From Neodothiora populina (lineage: Eukaryota): a stretch of 64,000 bases of DNA. The notes beneath the pieces are model-generated. The model was not told the origin of the DNA and did not search any database. It saw only the letters and a program-made list of their open reading frames with translations. The stretch is taken from NCBI RefSeq assembly GCF_041146345.1, contig NW_027191410.1, positions 62,001-126,000 on the forward strand, read 5' to 3'. Position numbers and translations under genes: made by a program. The number at the start of each line of letters is the position of its first letter. Position 1 is the first letter of the stretch. Below are positions 57,455 through 64,000 of this stretch, piece after piece.

Positions 57455-57872
57455 CTACAGTGCTTGCAACCAAGCAGAGATGGACTGTGTGACGTCTGCA
57501 TTATTGCGTTTGAGCAGCTCCGTTGCTTTTGACTTCGGAATGTCTAATTGCTGCACCTGTTGAATGTCAGCATTTCCTACCATGCTTCAGAACCATGCTA
57601 CTCACGAGTAAGGTCACATCCGTGGCATCAACTTTCGCAACTTTCCTCGTTACTGCTGAGTTGACGCCTTCCTGTTGAGCTCCAGCCGTAGCATCACTGC
57701 GGACATTGAGATCTTGCATTGCTCGTCCTAAGGCCTCTGTATCTGCTTGTCTGGATGCATTATTGCTTTCGGTGTTGGCATCGAGATTGGAAAGTGCTGC
57801 TGCAGCCTTACGATCTTCCGCCGATGGCACATGATCACCTTCCTGAATATCAGTTGGCTGAGGCTCGGCCAT
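57455..57872 (-). CDS. HYPK-like protein (C-terminal NAC-alpha/UBA-like); intron 57557..57605
   Basis: SAEDRKAAAALSNLD and KVDATDVTLL|VQQLDIPKSKATELLK. Confidence 0.78.
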
Positions 57873-58307
57873 GATCTTGGAGGTACACAATTTGCGGTTC
57901 TTCAATATCAAACACTAACATCAAGGTGCAACTAAAGTAAGGTAGTATACAGAACCGAGACGGAGTATCCTATATCCGGTCTGGTAGTGCCAAGACCAGG
58001 GTCTGTACCATCAGGTGAGCTTGCTAGCGGATGCCAAGGGTCTCTCACAAATAAGGTACATACCTTGCCGTACCTCGACTTTTTCTAGAGTTCAGTCATA
58101 CCGTAGTCATCAGATTGTTAGTAGAATCCATTTCCTTGCCTGTCACAGAACTAGCATTATTTTTGTGGAAATTCCATCTTTCCTACCTTTTTGTCTTTGC
58201 AGAGCACAATTGCTTGAAGTTTGCAAATCAGTAATAAGAAGTCAAAGGTAGCTGATTGAGGAAATATCAGGTACAATATCTGAAGTTCTTGTGCCTTGGA
58301 CAAAGCC

Positions 58308-59887
58308 ATGACTGGAACCGACTCGGGCTCTGCTAGTGTGCAGCATGTTGGAACAGATGCTTGGACGCCTTCGTGTATGACATACCCAAATGTACTGGAA
58401 TCAGTCATCAGACTGACTATTGCCAGCCTGGCGCTCGAAGCCAATCAAGCAACCAGTGGACTATGAGAACCCTGCACACGTGCAGAAAGCTGTCGCAAAA
58501 TTGACTCGTCTTCCTCCAATTGTTACAGCAAACGAGATCTGGAAACTTCGCGCTTCGTTACGTGATGTAGCTCTAGGAAAGGCTTTTCTGCTCCAGGGTG
58601 GAGATTGTGCGGAGCTTTTCGATTACTGTCAAGCCGATGCGATTGATTCGAAGATCAAGCTGCTCTTGCAGATGTCCTTGGTACTGATTTGGGGCGCGAA
58701 CAAACCCGTGGTTCGCATTGCGCGCATGGCTGGCCAATACGCAAAACCAAGGAGTAGCCCGACGGAGACCGTCGACGGCAAGACCATGCCATCTTTCAGA
58801 GGCGATATCCTCAACGGCTACCCAGCCGATGAGCGCGAGATTGATCCGGATCGCTTGGTTCAAGCATACTTCCACTCTGCTGCCACTCTCAACTACGTGC
58901 GTGCCCAATTGTCTTCAGGTATCGCTGACCTTCATCGTCCGCTGGATTGGAACCTTGGACATGTCAGAGACCCGGATCTACAGACTCGTTACACTAAGAT
59001 AGTCGAAAGTATCAGTGAGAGTTTGAGATTCATGCGTACCGTTGGTGCAGATACTGCGGGCCAATTGCAGACCGTTGATCTCTTCACTAGCCACGAAGGT
59101 CTACTCCTCGAATATGAGGCTGCTATGACCAGACAACTCAGACACCCACCTAACAGATTCACGTCAGACGCAGACGCCCATTCTGGCAGCGTGCAGGAAG
59201 ATGCTATCGACGATAGCGATCCTACAGGCAGTTACAACACGTCGGCACACTTTCTCTGGATTGGCGATCGAACTCGACAGCCCGACCATGCCCATGTTGA
59301 ATATTTCCGTGGTATTGAGAACCCCATCGGCATCAAAGTTGGTCCCACGACTCCAGCTGAAGATCTCGTGCAATTGTTGGACGTGGTCAATCCCAACAAA
59401 GAGATCGGTAAGGTCACGCTCATCACTCGATACGGAGAAGGTCGGGTGGAGGAGCTCCTGCCCGTCCACATCGAAGCTGTGAAGAAGAGTGGGCATATAG
59501 TTGTCTGGCAATGTGATCCTATGCACGGGTAAGCTCATATCATATGTCGAACCTCGGAATAAGAACTGACAACCTTGCAGAAACACGCGCTCGACAACGT
59601 CCGGGATCAAGACACGTTCTTTCGCGTCCATATTCAAAGAGCTGTCATTGTCTCTATCCATTCATTCTTCTCTAGGATCCTTCCTCGGAGGTGTTCATCT
59701 CGAATTGACCGGTGATGCAGTAACAGAATGTACCGGAGGCTCAGTCGGTCTCCTGGATGAAGACCTTGGCTTGCGCTACGAGACTTTCTGTGATCCCAGA
59801 TTGAATGAGAAACAAGCTCTAGAACTCGCTTTTCTGGTTGCTGGACATCAAAGAGGAAAGAGACCTAGCGTTATAGCTCAGATGTGA
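58308..59887 (+). CDS. Class II DAHP synthase; introns 58375..58426, 59529..59580
   Basis: LLQGGDCAE, RMAGQYAKPRS, LWIGDRTRQ, CDPMHG|NT, GGVHLELTG and CDPRLN. Confidence 0.95.
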
Positions 59888-60058
59888 AGCGATTGGCGAG
59901 GACCCAAAACGTAATTCAGCATTCCGGTCCTATCCACGCATAGACAGTGCAAGTAAGGTATCTGTATGAGTAGCTGAAAGCATCAAGATGGTTACACTAC
60001 TGCAAAAAAAAGTTTGATGTAATACTCGACCGTATCAAGAATCTACGTACGGCAGGAT

Positions 60059-61796
60059 TTATACCTTCAATGGCAAACTGGCGGCATTTGCAATCATCTC
60101 CATCGCCTCAATCACCCTTTCATCCTCATATCGTCTACCTACTAGCTGCAAGGAAATAGGTGCGTCTCGATACGCCTCAGGAGTGTCTACATCTAATCAG
60201 TACGACAATCTGTGACAATTAAGAGACCGTGAACTTACAGATTGTCTGGTTGTACTCATCGCTCTGGTTACGAGGGGTGTAACCTCCTTCTTTGGTATCC
60301 AGTTCCGGCGTGCAGGCTAGTCCGGTCGGGAAGACGAGTGCAGGGTAGTCCAGCAAGTTCCAGAGGGATGTGTAGTTCCAATAACGCGCAGTCTCGAGCA
60401 CCGGCGCGACACCAGGGCCTGTTGGGCATAAAACAACGTCTACGAGGTCGTCATCCTCAAGAGAGCCGCTGACGCTGTTCCAGTGGTTCGTAAACGCGGC
60501 TCGGTATTCATTACGTTCTGAGGTCAACTTCCAGAGCTCTGGAATCGTCAAGGTCTTGAGGTTCTTGTTCTGCTTGATGATGAACTCTGACATGGGCCGC
60601 CACGGTTCTCCGGACGCCTCGATCGCTGAAGCCTCTGCGTTGCCTCCATCTGCGAAGTAGAGGCTACTGATTATGCGCCAAGCATCGTCACATTTGTATG
60701 GTGGGAATTGGACGATCTCAATGTCGCTATGAGATGACAGGTCGGAAACAATCTTATTGATTGCTCGGAGGATTGGCGGATGAGGCCTCACAACGCCGTC
60801 GTCCTTCATGATTCCGATCTTGAGTTTGCGCTTGCCATCTTTGACACGGAGAAGCGATTCACTGCTGGTATCCCGCCACGGGAAAGGCACAAGAGAGGGC
60901 TCGGTGAGCCAGGGCTTCTGATCTATCAGCGTTTTCATGAACATCTTCACGCCTTCGAGAGATGTAGTCAGAGGACCAACGACAGCAACGATGTGCTCTT
61001 GTCCTGGCATTGACGAACTGAAGCCACCCATTGGAAGTCTGTAAGTGGTCGGGCGAAGACCAAAGACTCCGTTATTGGCAGCCGGACTACGGATGCTTCC
61101 TCCGATGTCTGTACCGATTCCCATGCAGGACGCTCGCATGCCCAGTATAGCACCTTCACCACCTGAGGAGCCTCCGCTGGTGAGGTTGCGATTATAGGGG
61201 TTTACTGTGACGCCGAAAAGTCCAGACGAGCATTCGAGATGCATCAAGGTCTGTGGCTCAGTAGTACGAGCGTAGAAGACAGCACCAGCATTCCACAGAA
61301 GACTGAGAATATGAGCATCCGCCGAGGCCACTCGATCAGCCCAGGAGACAAAGCCAGCGTTCAGACTCAAGCCAGCCATTCCAATGTGCTCCTTGACGCT
61401 GATGGGCAGCCCATGTAAAGGACCAATAGGTTTGCCGTTCTTAGCCATGTAGTCATCGAGGAACTCCGCCCTCTCGAGAGCGCGTTCTGGTAGAAGTTCA
61501 GTTATGCAGTTCGTAAGCTTCTGCGCAAGGCCAGCCCGTCTCAAGAAGGCATTAGCGACCGCGACAGCGGAGAGAGTTCCTCGGCACAGCGAGGCTACTA
61601 ACACCTCAGGGGGGCTTTCAGTGATGGACACCTCCTCTGATGACAGAAGGGTTGCAGGAAGCTTTGTGACATTGAGAGGTAGATCGGAGGGGACATCCGG
61701 TACTGGAGGCTTTACTGCAGCGATCGTAGAGTCCCGGTGTTTCTGCGCTGCTGCTGCAACATCCTCCCATGAGGTTTGAGTAGCGATCAAAGGCAT
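60059..61796 (-). CDS. Amidase-signature family enzyme (acetamidase/general amidase-like); intron 60187..60238
   Basis: LHGLPISVKE, GGSSGGEG, GTDIGGSIRSP and last exon APISLQLVGRRYEDE. Confidence 0.92.
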
Positions 61797-62696
61797 AGTG
61801 CTTTTCTAAATAGTTGACAGAAATAGGAAGTATGCGAAGATGAAAGGGATGTGAACTTAGGCTATGCTGCTTATATTGAGTAGTGACTGCGAGTAAGAGA
61901 CGGAACAAGCAGGACACTCGAGATGTACCTACTCTGAAGATATAATGCCACTTATCGTATTGTTTCCTGACCAATGCGTCAAAGGCAACACAGTGATTTG
62001 TGATAAGGTCGTGATAAGGTCTGGTCGCCTTGGTCGCTGGAGACGGCCAAATCGTGTTGGCCGAGATGACACTAAATCACAATGGGCAGGCCTATGCGGC
62101 TTCTTGAGCTCTTATCAGCAGCGCTATCAGCTTCAAGACCTACCGTGTCGTACTTATACGGACGTGACCCGGCGGCCAATCCATTTGCGTTTCAGTCCTC
62201 CATAGGCAAGCTGTTGTAGGCATACAATGCGAAGAGAAGTACAGGGATCATGTTCACTGTTGCGAATATGTTTTGTTTGCTCAATGTTTGTGGCGCAACT
62301 TGTACGTACAGTATACGACTGATTTCGTTCCTTGAACTTGTACCTTGCGTGAAAGGTACCTTGGCACGGCTGCTTTACAGTATAAGTACTCCGCAGAAGC
62401 TCGGCCCGAGTTGCGCCAAGGAATGCACGCGCTCTGGGGTCCGCCCCGCATGGTTTGGTTCGGGGTCGAGGCTGTCGCTGTACCTCGGCTCTTTCTGAGC
62501 GGTCCCGACAATGGAAACACAAGCTCGCAGCACATGAATGAATCCTGAGCCGGAGGACCGAGGGTACTTGTAGTTCACAGCGTCTCACATAATTCCGTCA
62601 AGCTGGATACGTAGAAGAGTATTTTTTTTAGTCATATTGACAAAGGTTCGCTGTTTTCCTGCATCTTGACCTGCTTCTGTCTTTTGGATTATTGTG

Positions 62697-64000
62697 ATGT
62701 TCGCTGCCAAAGGGCGCATTATTCGCACCCCACTACTCCGCCCGCACCTTCTTGTCAACAGTTCAAAGGCCAGTCTACTCTGCTCAATATGGACGATGGG
62801 CGAACTGACCTAAGTAATAGACACTCGCGATGGCCCCAACACGAAAACAGTCAACCCTTCCCGCAGGTGAGTCGTCAAAATATCATTTCACTACGACATA
62901 TCCCAAGACTGGGTTCTAATGTCGAGTCAAGGCTATAAGGAGGATGCGTCGAAAGGTGCAATGCTTCGATTCGAGGACTCACTCCCTCGCTTGCCTGTCC
63001 CCACCCTAGAAGAGACGAGTAAACGTTATCTACGTTCAGTCCTTCCACTCCTGTCGAAAGAGGAATATGCTACGACTCAGAAGGCTGTAAAGTCATTCCT
63101 CGCCTCAGGTAGCCTGGGTCAAGAACTCCAAAAACGTCTGGAAGCGAAGCGTGAAGACAAGAACGTCAAGAACTGGATCTATGAGTGGTGGAATGAGGCT
63201 GCATATCTAGCATACCGCGATCCCGTTGTGCCTTACGTTTCATACTTTTATTCTCACAGAGATGACCGCAAGCGACGGGACCCTGCCAAACGAGCTGCTG
63301 CTATTACTACGTCTGTGCTGGACTTCAAGGCTCAGGTCGATCAAGGTTCCTTGGAACCCGAGTACATGAAGAAGCTGCCTATCGCTATGAGCTCATATGA
63401 GTTCATGTTCAACTGCTGCAGAATCCCTGCGAAGCCAGCTGACTACCCTAAGAAGTACGAACACAACACCCACAAACATATTGTGGTTGTGCGTAAGAAC
63501 CAGTTTTTCAAGATCGAGCACGAGGTTGCTGGCAAGCAACTCAACACTAGCGAGCTAGAGAAGCAATTCAGACGTGTCTACGAGATCGCCGAGAAGCAAC
63601 CCAGCGTCGGTATCTTGACCACAGAGAACAGAGATACCTGGACGGAGATGCGCGAGTCACTCATCAAGACAAACCCTGCCAACCAAACAGCTCTGGAGAC
63701 CATCGAATCAGCTTCCTTCGTGGTCTGCCTTGACGATGCTAAGCCGGTGACTCTTGAAGAACGTGCCCATCAGTACTGGCATGGTGATGGTAGCAACCGT
63801 TTCTTCGACAAGCCTTTGCAATTCATCGTCAACGATAACGGTACTTCCGGTTTCATGGGCGAGCACAGTATGATGGACGGAACTCCTACACACCGCTTGA
63901 ATGACTACGTCAACTATCTCATCTTCAACAACAAGCTAGACTATGACAACCCGTCAATCCGATCGAACCTTGCTGACCCCACCCCAATCCGCTTTGAGCT
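62697..64000 (+). CDS. CAT2: Carnitine O-acetyltransferase (Cat2/AcuJ type), 5' part; first intron ends at 62820 (donor uncertain); intron 62867..62931
   Basis: LPRLPVPTLEET..RYL, NWIYEWW, NRFFDKPLQF and GEHSMMDG (catalytic His). Runs off the window. Confidence 0.9.

Noticed and set aside
58308..61796. Class II DAHP synthase plus amidase as a secondary-metabolite cluster
   Set aside because: No backbone enzyme nearby, and class II DAHPS is common in filamentous fungi.

Overview
Gene-dense region of a filamentous ascomycete chromosome. The short GT-AG introns with CTRAC branch points and the protein set suggest a Pezizomycotina fungus, probably a Dothideomycete (inference). About 35 protein-coding genes are present. 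Positions 1-50.5 kb hold tightly packed, mostly intronless housekeeping genes: cyclin L-like, LYR protein, GPI11, MSS51, TAF9, REX4, PRP18, a TIM-like isomerase, PEX3, NSE2, prefoldin 6, RRG9, P5C reductase, MoaE, PEX26, CCE1, COQ9, EngB GTPase, MTF2-like, PEX10, PSD1 and UTP6. Positions 51.8-64 kb hold intron-containing metabolic genes: GH3 beta-xylosidase, SDR, class II DAHP synthase, amidase and carnitine acetyltransferase. I found no rRNA, tRNA, CRISPR array or intact transposon. The most unusual feature is a decayed SesB/SERAC1-like alpha/beta-hydrolase gene (NLR-effector type) split into two collinear halves, with an intact intronless PEX3 gene and its promoter between them. Other notable items are an oriented TACCTTA motif upstream of about 10 genes, CCTCGG (FarA-type) sites at the peroxin and CAT promoters, two apparent frameshifts, and an intron-dependent mitochondrial leader on the carnitine acetyltransferase. 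Products were assigned by motif recognition from memory; no database searches were run.
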